A stretch of 64,000 nt of DNA from Podarcis erhardii (taxonomy: Eukaryota), in the NCBI GenBank assembly GCA_964252035.1, contig OZ176204.1; one strand, given 5' to 3'. The first letter of the stretch is position 1; every line of letters begins with the position of its first letter. A program made the position numbers and the translations under genes. Shown in pieces: positions 13,999 to 27,200 of the stretch. Below the pieces are notes generated by a model. It made no database searches and was not told the origin of the DNA. It saw only the letters and a list, made by a program, of their open reading frames with translations.

Positions 13999-16900
13999 TA
14001 CCTTTTGGGAAAATTGCCCATTCTTTTGATGGGACAAACTAGAGATATGTCCATACATCTCAAGCTCCATTTTTCTTTCTGCAAAATCATCTTTTTCCAA
14101 GAAGAGATGAAGTATTTATAAATATACTTTCTATGGCAGTTTAGGTTATGCCCGCACTTGCTGTATAGTTGAGGTCATTGCTTGCTGTGTATATGATTCA
14201 TGTCAAGCTGGCCAGGTCTATACTGCACATACATTCATCCCTTCATCTACTGAGTATTACCTGTAATAAGGGAAGTCGTGTCAGTGTATGGTCTATGATG
14301 CAGCACAAAGGGTACATATCCATCAGGATCTGTGGTCCTCCAGATGTTATTGGATTCCAACTCCCATCAGCCGCAGTCAACATAATCTGTGATCATGGAT
14401 GATGGAAGATATAGTTCAACAACATCTACAGGACCATAGGTTCTGCAATCCTGATCTTTATGGTTTAAATAAATTACAGGTGCTAGCTACATCGTGTGTG
14501 TCAGTGAATCGTGTATATTTGGAACACCATTGAGAAAGCCTGCAAACACCCTGCCCCTTTTTGTGAATTTTCGGGTCATTTCTGGATTTGGCACGATGTG
14601 GTTGTGCACATTCATGCACATATTGAACTCATAAATGGGGGGGGGTTGTCTGTATGGTCTTTTGTTTTTTGTTATGCTGTATATTTTTGTGTTTTTATAT
14701 TGTAAACTGCCCTATTATCAGATGAATGGCAATATAGAATTCAAATAAATAAATAAATAAATAAACAAACAAATAAATAAATAAATCTTGCCCCTGAACA
14801 CTTCCCATGCTGATAACAAAAAGTGTTCAAAGCTGCTGTATCTGATGAAGTATGGTCATGTTTTCCTTTTCCAATATCCCCTTTTTTTATTTGTGAAATG
14901 CTAAATTTCAGGTGGTACAGTTTTACACAGAGAAAAGTATGGGAGTGTACAATTGTACAAATCTGTACATAAGCCAGAGTCACACCAACACTACTAAGCC
15001 ACTGGTGCAATCTTATCTATTGTGAATTCCTTTTGTGGTAAACACCTGACTCATCAGATAAGAGTGGGTCAGCTGCAGTTACATGGCCCTGAACTGCTTT
15101 AGGATTACATGGCAGAAACATCACACAGTTTGAATAATTGGGAGCACCGGGAGTGGCAAACCTGTTGCTGGACTACAGCTCCCATCATTCCTGCTTATTG
15201 GCCATGATGATCGGGGCTGTTGGGAGTTGAGATCTAACATCTGGAGGGTCAGTGAGCTCCACCCCTGGAATGGGATGGAATAACATGGCAAAACAAAAAC
15301 ATACAAAATAAAAAACTATCAGTATAACATGATTGCTTAAACAACATGCTGCATCCAATAGAAAAAGTAAGAAGGGAGTTTCACAGGTTCACCTTAGTCC
15401 TAGAAGCACTCCTCTCGTAATGTTGCTCACAGTCCCTCTCCTGCAGCAGCTTCTGATAAGGCTTCCAAAGCCAAAGAATGGGGTGGGTTCAAGTTAGAGG
15501 TTCCAGATAACAGTTGCAGACACAGATTGACAAAGTTTGCTGACTAACAGAAGAAACTAGAATATAGTATATAGAATGAAAATGCAAATATTGCAGTGGT
15601 CTCTGTTACAATTTGCTATTTTTTGCTCAAATACTCATCCTCTCCTTCTGTTGCTTTCAGTTTCCAGCATATGCTAAGGATTCTTTCTACCAATGCTGAA
15701 ATAGTTCAGCAAAATGAATTGGAGCGGGGTGGGGCATGCCCTTTGTTAACATACTGGCAAATAGAAGAATGATGTTAAGAAGTGGAGCTCACAAGCCCAT
15801 GCTTTGCATCAAGATGACTTTTTGGAAGACATTGTTTTCTCCTGCTGAGCTCCCTTCCCTCCCAGGTTATGAATCAGATCACACAAAAAGTAAAGTTTGT
15901 GTAATAAACCAACCAATATCAAAGGGCCAGTTCACATGTGTACATGTGTCATTTGATGATGAACCTATGTGAATGAGCCATCCCAGATAGTACTTCAATA
16001 TGGAAGTTTTCAAAGGGAATCAGTTCACATGTTTGGTTGCAAGTCATCAAGTGATAGAAAAGAATTAAATTCTATCTATGCAGATGTGAACCAGCAAATA
16101 AGATTCTTTGGCTCCTTGTTATTGCATGTTAATTGGGTTTCATTTTTTTTAAAAAAATGCTCAATTTCTGTCACTTTCTTCTCGCAGATCTTGCATTCTA
16201 ACAGCATTGTCATTGTCACGCTCCTGTGATCCCTCGCAGATTTTTACTACACTCGCATCATAAACAACAATAAACACAATTTTCCAGCTGCACCTCTCCA
16301 ACTGAGCTGAATTTTGAGTGGTATTATTCTTATTTTGACATGGTACCTTCTAACCTCCAAACAGCTGTGACTTCTTTTTACAGCAGCCTAGTTAATAATC
16401 AGGAGCAAACACTGGCATTTTGCAAGGGAGAGAAAACACTGATAAGCCAGAAGTGCCTTTCACCTTCTTCTGCCACAGGCATTTAAATGACCAGGAGTGG
16501 GGAGGGGAAATGATGGTTGTGAAAGCGGGAGGGCTCAGGACTCTGCCTGACCTCAAACTGTCTCCCAGCCTGCCATCCCTGCTCAGAACTGGCCTTCTGG
16601 TGACTCAGTCTGAGCAGTTCTAGGTAAGGGATATAAATAGCACCTACTATCGAGGCAGCTATCTGCCTCAGGCATTTGTGCCCCAATCAAGATTGTTGGT
16701 TTGTCCCTGACTTCCCTCAAGGGACTGTGGTTTGGAAAGCAAGTCTTACCTCCCTTAGCTCAGTGTGATTGTGTGGAAGAAGACATGACTGGATATGGCT
16801 GTATGAATGTATGGAAGCATTTTCTTACATGTTACGAGGCAAAGTATATAACACTATTTGCTCACAGTTTCTGCTTGCGTCCACACCAGACATTTACAGC

Positions 16901-17890
16901 TCATGGCTTCCCCCAAAGACTCACTGAGAATTGTAATGCAGGGTGCAGGGGGCTGGAGCTCTGTGAGGTGTAAACTACAATTCCCAAGATGCTTTGGGGA
17001 AGCCATGTGCTGTGAATGTATAGTGTGGATGTGCCCCTTTCTAATTTTCACTCAATAGCAGGCTATATATGAAGGGTTGGAACACAATATTGATCAGTTT
17101 TCAGTAGGAGTTTAGGCACTTGTCTGAAAGGGGTGCTTTTGCTATAAAAACGTGGTGCTCTAATAACAACTGGAGGAAATTCAATTGGTTTTTCACTGCA
17201 GCTTGGACAAGGCTAGGGTTAAATTCCTCTGGGTGTATTACGGTTTGCCTCGGTATATTTATATATGGTTTTCTGCTTCCTTCAGTGCTCCCATAGGGAA
17301 TGAGGACTCGCATTCTCAAGCAGTCAGATACTGATTCAGTTTATCCACCTTCCCTTTCATTCACTCGCCCACACACGTCGGCTCCTGAAAACATGCATTT
17401 CCATGGTATACTTGAAATTCCCCTTGAAAAATATGGGCTTTGTAAGTTGGAAGGAATCTTCCATAATCAGTTTTCACTGTTACACAGAGCATAACTTCTG
17501 ACTGCATTTCTTCTGCATGCCCTGTTCAAACTCTTGATTGATACCCACAACAGAAGAGTTTGGGACATGAGGTAGCCAGAGAGAGACAAAAAACCAGAAC
17601 AGGTCACGGTGTGCAAGCAATAAGGCTGAAGTCCAGGGGTGTGTGTGTGTCAAACCAGGGCTTCCAGCTTACCTCCTGCTCCCCATTGCTCAATTCCTTT
17701 AATGAGCCTGGCAGACTCTGGAGTTCAAGGCTGCAGCGCTAATCTGGACATCCAGTCAGCTGACTCTATGGGTCAGTCTCAGAGCACCAGGCTTTTTAAT
17801 ACCCTATCCTCAGAACTAGCTCCTTAGTTTAGCCACTTGACTCTAGTGTAAAGACTCTGCCTTACCTGGACTATATAGTTGCCTCTTTGG

Positions 17891-17955
17891 TAGGGTTGCC
17901 ATACGTCAACAACGTTCCTGTCCGGATCTTCACTTTTTGAAATATGGCAACCCTA
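17891..17955. mobile_element. 65-bp internally deleted copy of the same hAT-like MITE, opposite orientation
   Basis: TAGGGTTGCCATA ... TATGGCAACCCTA, flanking repeat tctttgg; its right ~35 bp is the reverse complement of the start of the 7761 copy. Confidence 0.8.
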
Positions 17956-18758
17956 TCTTTGGTTCTTGTTTGCTGCTCTCAACCTTGGTTCTCGCCTGCT
18001 TTAGACTACACTTGGGGTATTTGGGTGGACGGCCAGCTCCCGGGATCCCAGAACATGACAGCTTGATGCTTGTGCTTTCTGGGGTCTAAACTAAGGGACC
18101 AGATAGTGTGGGCTAAGACATCTAGGCTGCAATGCTGTGCCTACTCAGCTAGAAGTAAATCCCACAGAACTCAATTGGACTGTGTAGATAGGCATAGGAT
18201 ATGCTGCCACTTAGGGATAGCTGTGCTGCTATTTTGTGGGTTGCTTTGGCTGTGAAGGCTTTCAGGATTGACCTTAGAATTTGTAGTCCACCTTCAAGGG
18301 AGAAAACATACTTATGCAAAAGGGAGCAGCTTCAGGGGCCCAGTGAGTGGCCTGGGAACACCTGAGGCCGCAGAATTGCTAGTGTCCTTCGGATGGGAAA
18401 CCGGTAGAAGCTGTTCGTAAGAACTGGATATATAAGCATAATCAATCTTTCAAATGAAAAGCAGTTTCAGATGTCATCACACTCACACTAAAACAGTTTT
18501 AATGGGAACTTGAGATGCAGCAGATACTGGATCAATGATGACAAAAAGCCAGCAGTCGGTTTTTTTTTGTTTTTGTTTTTTTAAAAAGATTCATGTTGAA
18601 GGCATTAAGATCTAGTAAGGATGCCCATAATCAACATGGAGGAAAATTAGAGTTTAGTTTTTGAGCAAAGGTCCCTCTACTTAGAAGGTGCAGCTTCTCT
18701 CCCCCCCTCCCCTCCCTCCGGTGTCCTCTGATCTGGGCTGTTATTGGTGTCCAAAGAT

Positions 18759-18764
18759 TACACA

Positions 18765-18802
<38 letters not shown>

Positions 18803-18820
18803 CACACACACACACACACG
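18759..18820. repeat. (GT)n-GCGCGC-(AC)n compound dinucleotide repeat
   Basis: Directly visible; 62-bp uninterrupted pyrimidine-purine alternation. Confidence 0.95.
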
Positions 18821-19849
18821 GTAGATGGTTGATGGAAGGCTACTTAGTGAGAGGCAGGGAAGGGAAGACTTCCTCAGGTGAAAGACTGGGAGAAGAAAGG
18901 AAACCTCCCAGGTGAGAGGTGAGAGGGTCCACCACTTCTTGGGTGAGACAAGGATTAACTTCCTTTGAGAGAGGACTCTGCATTTTCTTTTTTCTTTCTC
19001 CTTTCTCTGTTTTTGTTTTTGTTTCCCTTAGTTTCTTCTATCTTACTATATTATGAAAAAGCTTTAATAAAATAGTATTTTTAAAAAAGAAAGCTAGTAC
19101 TGTAAATAGGTTTGGGCCAGTATACTTCCAATTTAAGCAAGGTGAACTCGTACTCAAAATATTTACTGCCCAATTTGCAGTTTTATCCATTAATTTATAA
19201 TGTTGATCCAGGGAATAGCCATTCAGTAATTTTTGACCCAGCCAGAGGAATGACTACCGCATAGGCAACAATGAGAGCTGTGCAGTTTTGGGCAGCTTGA
19301 TTTACAACTTGAAACTTATGAGGGATTTATATGAAGCAGCTAGCTAGAACCTCTGTTTAATTTGTTTTTGTGGTTAATGGCACGATCCTAGTCAAGCTTA
19401 TCCTAATGTAAGGCTCATGGAGTTGATTAGGACTGACTCCCAAGTAAGCTCAAGGCGCCAACCCTAAATACACTCCCAGGGGAGTAAGCACCATTAAACA
19501 CAATGGGACTTCTGAGTCAGCATGTGTGGGAATGAGCTGTTAAGTCTGTAAAAACACCTCAAACCTGACATCTTTTTGGTAGGTAGTTATGTTTGTTTCT
19601 TTAAATGTTGTTTTAAGATTTTGGGCCCCCCACAATATCCCTTTGTCATAATCATGTATGTGTATATATATATATTTCTTTGTAATAATCCATTTAAAAT
19701 TTCAAACCATTGCATTATAAAAATTCTGTTTGGCTTATTTTGAAATGCATTGGGTTTGAGAAATGTAACACTCTGCTAACAAAATTCACCCTCTCTATGA
19801 AGAGAAGAGGAAACACTGAGTAGCAGGTCATTCCTCCTTTATCTTCCAG

Positions 19850-20002
19850 TATGCTTCTGAATACCAGTTGCTAGAAACCACAGGCAGTGGGTGGAGGAGG
19901 AATGCTGGTGCCTTCAGGCATCTGATCAGCCACTGTGAGACTGGGATGTTGTACTAGATGGGTCATTGGCCTGATCCAGCAGGCTTTTCTTATGTTCTTA
20001 TG
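19850..20002 (+). mobile_element. Squamate SINE/LINE 3' end with (TTCTTATG)n tail
   Basis: cagccactgtgaga...actagatgggtcattggcctgatccagcaggcttttcttatgttcttatg; recalled as a common lizard repeat; a related tail lies at about 50560-50720. Confidence 0.5.
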
Positions 20003-20232
20003 GCAACCTTAGGATCTGTGGGAAAACTGAGAACTGAGAACTGCCTTATCTGGGGGAAGCTTGCAATGCTAATAGGGGACTGGTTCTTAACAGTACCTAT
20101 CTTTTCAATATGTATATTGTCTAGAGATATTTTTTAAAAGTGTACTGCCTGTTGGGGTGCCTTGCAGGTCTGCATCCTCCTAAAGCAACAGCTCAGAGCC
20201 ATATCAGACAGCTTCACTATTTCAAATAATTA

Positions 20233-20586
20233 CAGTGGTACCTCGCAAGATGAATGCCTCGTAAGACGAAAAACTCGCAAAACGAAAGAGTTTTTCGTTT
20301 TTTGAGTTGCTTCGCAAGACGGATTTCCCTATGGGCTTGCTTCGCAAGATGAAAACGTCTTGCAAGTTTGTTTCCTTTGTCTTGCAAGTTTGTTTCCTTT
20401 TTCTTAAAACCGTGCATTCACTTCAAGGAGCAACTCATAGCACACGGTGTGGTAGCCTTTTTTGAGGTTTTTGAAGACTTTGGTGATTTTTGAAGCTTTT
20501 CCAAAGTCCATGTTTCGCAAGACGAAAAAATCGCAAGACGAAAAAACTCGCAGAACGAATTAATTTCGTCTTGCAAGGCACCACTG
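20233..20586. mobile_element. Tigger-like MITE, family B
   Basis: CAGTGGTACCTCGCAAGA ... TCTTGCAAGGCACCACTG, TA flanks, internal CGCAAGACGAAAA subrepeats and a 22-bp tandem duplication (gtcttgcaagtttgtttccttt x2). Confidence 0.85.
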
Positions 20587-21212
20587 TACTATGTGTTCTC
20601 CACCCATGCTTTCAATTGAATTGCCTACATGACAAGAGGCTTCACAATATCTTTTCCTTTCTGGCCCAATGAAGAACATTATCAACCTGGTGCACAAACA
20701 AGTTAAGTTAGAACATATGGGCTGATCCCTCTTGACGTCAGTAGTGGGACTAAGGCTACAAACCTTCGCATTCTTACTTGGGGATAAGCCCCAGTGTATG
20801 CAGCGAGACTTTCCACCAATTAAGCATGCAGTAGGCTCTGTCTGCACTTCATTTTAAGATCCAAGTGCTCTGATTACTGTAACTGAGCTGAAGAGCAGGC
20901 TCTGTATCTTTTGAATCTCTGGGTTAAATGTTGATCCATGGAAAGGTTTAAAGGCTTTCCCCCCTTCCAAAGTTGCTGCATATATTGAATAATATTTGAA
21001 AATCATTTTTGGAGGCCCTTGAAAGTGATCAACTTCCACACTCTGTCCTGATTCACATTTTGGTTTACTTTTGCATTTTTCTGTTCCAATCTTTCTGATG
21101 TCGGACAGCACAATAGTGAGCCTTCAGTTCAGCTGCCTCTTCCAGGGTATCTGGAGTGCCCAAGAAACCTCTGTGGTATTGCTTTTTAAACAGCCTGTGT
21201 TTCTTTCCGCAG

Positions 21213-24200
21213 ATTTGACCACTGCAAGACGTTTTAGCAGCCATGCCCAGAACTACACCACCCTCCTGCTAGAGGATGAGAAGGGTATTCTTTATGTTGG
21301 GGCCAGGGGGGCCATATTCTCCTTAAATTCCAGCAACGTTTCTGATGGCTCGCATCGGACAGTAAGTGCAGCTTTATCCCACTGGCATGTTCACAGTTAA
21401 TTCCCTTTGCAAATTTTGGTTTCCAAAGCCATTTAGGGCTACATATGTACCTTCAAGGAAGAACAAGTACAGCTTTCTCTTTATTTAAACTTTAGAATCT
21501 GCTTTGATTGGGGAGGGACCATGGCTTCATGACTGAGTCAGCAAATGGCCGATCAGTGCTGTGCATATCAAATTTCTGCTATAAAGTAGAAGACTAGATT
21601 TCACCTCGAATCTTATTGCATATGTGTAAAATATGTGATGAGTGCATTTCCACAGCAGACTCACTGCTGGAATAATGTATGCCTGCATGCAGCCTTTGTT
21701 ACATTAGAGTCACCAAGAGATACACTGAAAACAATCTGTTCTGAAAAACTGATAAATGCCTCCTCATTAAAAATGGATGCATCTGCCATCAAATCTAGTT
21801 TCCACAACAGATATAGACAGATATGGACCCTTTTGTCTGCCTCCCATGTTAGTGGAATGGGCTGGGGCCAACCCACACTGGTAGGCAATGGGTTCCTGAA
21901 CTACAGCTCCCACTATCCTTGACCTTTGGTCATACTGGCTGGGGCTGCTGGGAGTTAGAGTCTAACAACACCATATTGGTTGCCCTTGCTGAAGTACACA
22001 AAGGTCCTTTAAAGTACCTGGAAGTCTCTGGTGCCTCTTACCAGGTATAACATTTGTTCACTCTCCTTTGAGGCCCTTTATCTCAGTACAGTTTCTTTTC
22101 TGTGCCCTTGTTTTTTATGCAAAATGGGAAGGGAGCTCTCGAGCCATGTAAAAATGAAAACAGCAGCCACCCTCTACTGAAAACCACTTGCTTTTTTTGG
22201 TCTCCTTCCCTCTCCCTTTCTCCCTGCTGCTTCCTTATGGTATTTGTAACAGCCAGGTTCTCATTTCAGCCAAGGACCTTTAAAAGCAAATGGACTACAA
22301 AAATCTGCAGCGCTCCCCCGCTTTGCACTTAAATAAATCCACTCATTCTGGGGGAAGGCGAAGTGTGAACTTTGAAGAGCTCTTGTGAGTTTCATGGGAC
22401 TTGCTTCTTAATGTCACGCTCCACCACTATTTCCTGGGCTGGGATGCCCCAGTGAATAATGATCCTGCTTTGTGTTTAACTTTGTAGATTGATTGGGAAG
22501 CCTCTCCTGAGAAGCGGGGAGACTGCCTGAAAAAGGGCAAAAACAACAAGGTATGTGCTCCATAAGTCTCTGCCTTTTTGTCTCTGTTCCTTCGCTTCTG
22601 ACCTGTTTGTGCCTGTAGCTGATGAACAGGCCATTGTCAGGACTCTTGTGCAAATGACACCCTCCCTTCCTCTTTTGCAGACAGAGTGTTACAACCATGT
22701 CAAGCTTTTGCAACGGCTGAACACAACCCACCTGTATGCCTGTGGCACATATGCCTTCCACCCGCTCTGCACATACATTGTGAGTAAAAGAAGCAAAAGA
22801 ATCTCCTCCACTGCCTTGTTGGGAGTCCCTCTTTGCACTGAAACTGACTGACAGGCAGATGTCAGCCATGCCCTTTGGTTCCAGAAGCTGTGCAATATTA
22901 TTAGCCAGTCAGAAACCAACTGAAAATCACTCAGATTAACTTTTCTGCACATGGAACTGGTTGTAGATGAACTCTATAGGCAGGTATCCAGGACAACAAA
23001 CCAATCCCAAATCCTGGCTCCTGTGTCAGTAATTCCTGCCAAGGAACGGAAAGGTCATGAAGACCAGAACTAATTTTTACTGCCTGCCAGAAGGAGGGAG
23101 GTCTGTGGGGAGGCTCTCTCTTCCTGGTGTTTTGTTCTCCAAGGCTGGCTGTTGATTTCTGGGAAGCCTAAGAACCTGGACTGATCCTTTAAGGTGCCTT
23201 GCCCATGGGTTTGCTAACATACTGTCTGCATAAAGAACCAAATGAAATGGCCAACCCTACCATTAGCAATGAGACAACCATCTCAGGTGGCCTAGTGTGG
23301 GGGCACTGATTATTTTTTTATTAATTAAATTTCTATATTAGTTTTTAATATATAATCATACAAATTTCTATGACAGCAGCCCCTTCCCCCTGTTCCCCTC
23401 TGTGGAGGACAGAACTGTGTGTGCCCTGTGCCAGTCTGGAAATAAGATTCAATTATCATTCGACTCTGCTTCTCTACATGGGAAGGGGGTGGCAACTTGT
23501 CTTTCATCATAGGGTCGGACATCACTGGCCCGTACGGGCAGGGGTACCTTTACCTTTACCTTAATGGTTCTTTAGGGACGCGGGTAGCGCTGTGGTCTAA
23601 ACCACTGAGCCTTGGGAGCACCGCAACCCCAGAGTCGTTTGTGACTGGACTTAACTGTCAGGGATCCTTTAGCTTTTTTAAATGGTTCTTTATGTATGTT
23701 CAGACCCAAAAGCACACAGCTTTGGAGCTGTATGACGGACCTCCTCCTTCTGCCTCCCTTTTTTTGGATTTGGGGCAAGAATGGACTTTAGTAAAAAGTG
23801 TCTGCAGTTTGTTAATTTGTGTACAAGCATTTGCCTCTCATTTTATGAAGACAGACATTAATAAAAGGAAAGCAATAAAAAAGAACAGAGGGGCAAACTG
23901 TACCCTTTCAGTGATGGCAAGGCCTCCTACCTGAGGCACATCGCCCTACTAGTGATGTATGTGGGGAGAACCTTGTCAGTTTAGGCAACTCACCAGAACA
24001 CTTTATTCTGATGATCGAGGACTTTAAACTCATACCTCTGCTCTGTTGCCAGTACTGCAAGTGACTTATTTGAACTTTCCTCTACCACCCAGTAGTGTTT
24101 CCTGCATCATGCTTAAAGCAGCAGAGTCAAAAAGCTAAGGCTTACTATTTTGTTCCAAAACTAATTGTTGGAGCCTAGTGAAATTTCACTTTCCAGGGCT

Positions 24201-27200
24201 GGACCACCAATAGGAGAATGTCCAGGTTTGGCTTTGCCAATGATTGTTTTTCACCCAGAGTTTATTTTTTATTTAATTATTGATTCACGTTCCACACTTA
24301 ACAATGCAATCCTTTGTAAGTTTACTCAGAACAAAGTCTCGTACAGATCAATGCTGCTCACTCCTAAGTAAATTTATTTAAGGATGCAGCCTTAGAATTC
24401 CAATAATGCAGCAGGTAGCTATTATTGTGATGTTTTGAGTGTTAGGGTCAAAGATCAGAAAGCAAGTATGTAGTCTTTTGTCATTGACACCAACACATGA
24501 TATTTTAGACAAATTTGTCAAATGATAATTGAACATCTCTCTGGGAAATAAAGTGTTAGCTCTTCCAGAGTTAAAGAGTGGCTATATTTTCAGGAAGAGA
24601 GATTATAAAACCAGTGGCATCAACTATTGGTCATGCTGGACAAAGAACATTGTGATTGATTCTGTAGTCTAATTTGGCCGTTCTTCAGAGAGCATTCCAC
24701 CTTTAGATTGATCACATTGGCTAGAGAACCTCTCTGTACTAGTTCCTCAGCATGTTTATGCAGGATGTCAGAGTCCCACCAGCCCTCATTCTTTGAAACA
24801 TGTTGCTCCCCAGAGTCGCAGCAGTCATAGAAACAAGGAGGTAACATCCTTCATTGAACTAATCGTCTTTACTGGCTAACAAAGATGCTGTTCCCCCTCC
24901 CCCCTCAATTTGCAGCCTCTAGATACCTGCCACCTGTTCAAACAGTCATTTAGATGGATCATCTTCTATTTTAATAACATTTTCTATAATCCAGAGCTTG
25001 CCCTAGACAGCCTCATCTATCTTGTGCTCATTTTTGTGCCTTGCCACATTTCTGCATGCCATTTTTAGCTTCACTGCCCAATTGCCTCTCTTCCTGAATC
25101 TCTGTGTAAAATACACTTGGGTTAGAACCAGTTACAGTGGCGCTACCCCAGCCTCAGCTTAGACTGTGATACATGTGTGACCTTTGAATAGCTTCTTCAA
25201 AGTAGCTGGGCTTTGTGAAGCTTGTCCCAGGGGTCTCCTTTCCAAAGCAAACCGGGCAGCTTGAAAGAGAACACATTGATAGCATTAGCCTCATCTCTGC
25301 CTAACTAAAGGCTTAAATCCATCAGTTAGGGTTGAAAATCTGCTCTGGCCAAGACATTTTCCACACAATTTCCACACATTTTCCACACTGCCTCCTTTTT
25401 ATATCCATTATCTCTGAATCATACCCAAAGCATACCTGTTATGATACTGATTGGGCCATAAGAGGCTCCTGAAGGATAGCTACCCTCACAGACTTTGCTG
25501 TTTAGCAGCCCCTTCATCCACCTCTTCTTTCTTGTTCTTTGCTTTACCAGTAGAGTTGTTCACTTTTTAAAAAAGCCACCAGTACCATACATACTGATGG
25601 TTTAATCATTTCCTCTGTTCCGCGCCCCCCCTCCCCGAGCACGGGTTTTCTATATAATACCTGTTCTCAAAACTGTTAAAGAATTCCCTGCATTCCTGCT
25701 CTTTTCTTTACAAACAAACCCTCCACAAGTGCCTGGTGCTCTCATCTGAGCACCCTCCAATGCATTAGTCTCCTGCTGGAAATAAGTTGTTTGGAAAAGA
25801 GCCCAGCATTTTTGACTGATCTATGGATTCTATGAACAGCAGGAAAAGGTGCCATTTGTTAGCCAGCAGCAGGTTCTGCTACTCTCTGCTGTTGGAATGC
25901 TACAATCAACCACAATCCTCTTTTGCTATCTATCTTGCTTTTCAAAAAATATCAAATGGTGACCAACAGAGAAGCAAAAATAAAATAAAGATTAACTCTA
26001 ACAAGAAAACAACGTAAGAGAAAACCAAAACAGCAGCAAAATGTAAAGCCAGTGGGAAGACCAAAAAGAAAGAAAACCCAGTAACAACATTAGATTCAGA
26101 CTGATGCTAAAACACACACAAACACAGTCTGTCAAAACCTGGAGGTCTTCATGGACTGGTGAAAGGCAAGAAGTTCTACGTGCTCACCTGCCTTATCTTG
26201 GGTCAGCGCTAAGCTGAGGCTCAGAGTTCAGCATCTATATATTGGGATCCATGTTTGTATAGACTGCTCTCCCAGGTTAGTTTGCACTTTGAACTGCACA
26301 CCACACCCAGAGCCAAGAATTATGGTATAATCAGAATCCTATCCAAGAAATGGTCCTTCTTCTTTTAGCTAAAAGTTCAGATCCAACTGACTGAAGCTCC
26401 TGAATCACTAAAAAATGAAATAAGAAGATTTGGACCTGATCCCTGGCTTGTTTTGTACAACAGAGGGCTACCCTACAAATGGAAAATTGAACAGGATCTC
26501 CTCCAAAGACTGGTGAAATTGAGCAGGTTCAGGTGGGAGGCGGCAGTGCTTAAGATACCTTGGTCCCATCTATTTAGGGCTTTATGGTGAAAACCAGTGC
26601 CTTGAATTGCGCCTGGCAGCCAGTTGGCGATTCAGTAATTGGAGTTGTCTGACATGCACACTTAACTTGCTCCATTGGTCACATAGATATCAAGACTTTA
26701 AATCTGAACAAGCATACATAGGATCAGGCTTCTTCTTTGGCGCTTGGTATTTGGATTCCTTTTATAATCAGAGGGAGTTACTGGAGTTATTTTAGGAAAG
26801 TTAGGAAAGGCAGAGATCAGTGAAAACATTTCCATGAAGTTGGAATAAAGCTATGATGCATTCCCATCAGTGTTTGCGTTTCAGTGTAAACACACTTCCT
26901 TCACTGACACCAGCTTAAATGGGATGGGGTGGGGGGAGGAATCAAACATGAAAGAAGCACACATAAAACAAAGGACTGTTTATATTCTCAGTGGAGAATT
27001 GGATGGTTTGATTGCCCAAAATAGAAACTGAAGCAACTGGACACAGTTTATCACCACCTCAGTGCTTTGAATTAAGATAAGTGTGTATTTGTGGTAAGCC
27101 ACTTTAGGCACAGCTCACTGTGGAAAGGGGGCATATAAATAAATATTTCACCAAACATCCAGATTCTGTTGCGTACATTGTGATGGTACTCATGCAGGTT

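Noticed and set aside
14838-14860. GTAT-CTGATGA-AGT, a hammerhead-like start
   Set aside because: No helix II, GAAA or complementary helix I strand follows.
18201-18365. ORF MLPLRDSCAAILWVALAVKAF... resembling a signal peptide
   Set aside because: No DATPR-like motif and no convincing phase-1 donor before the stop.
25360-25392. Three short direct repeats (tttccacac), and a similar 13-bp duplication near 37985-38010
   Set aside because: Simple slippage duplications with no spacers; not CRISPR-like.
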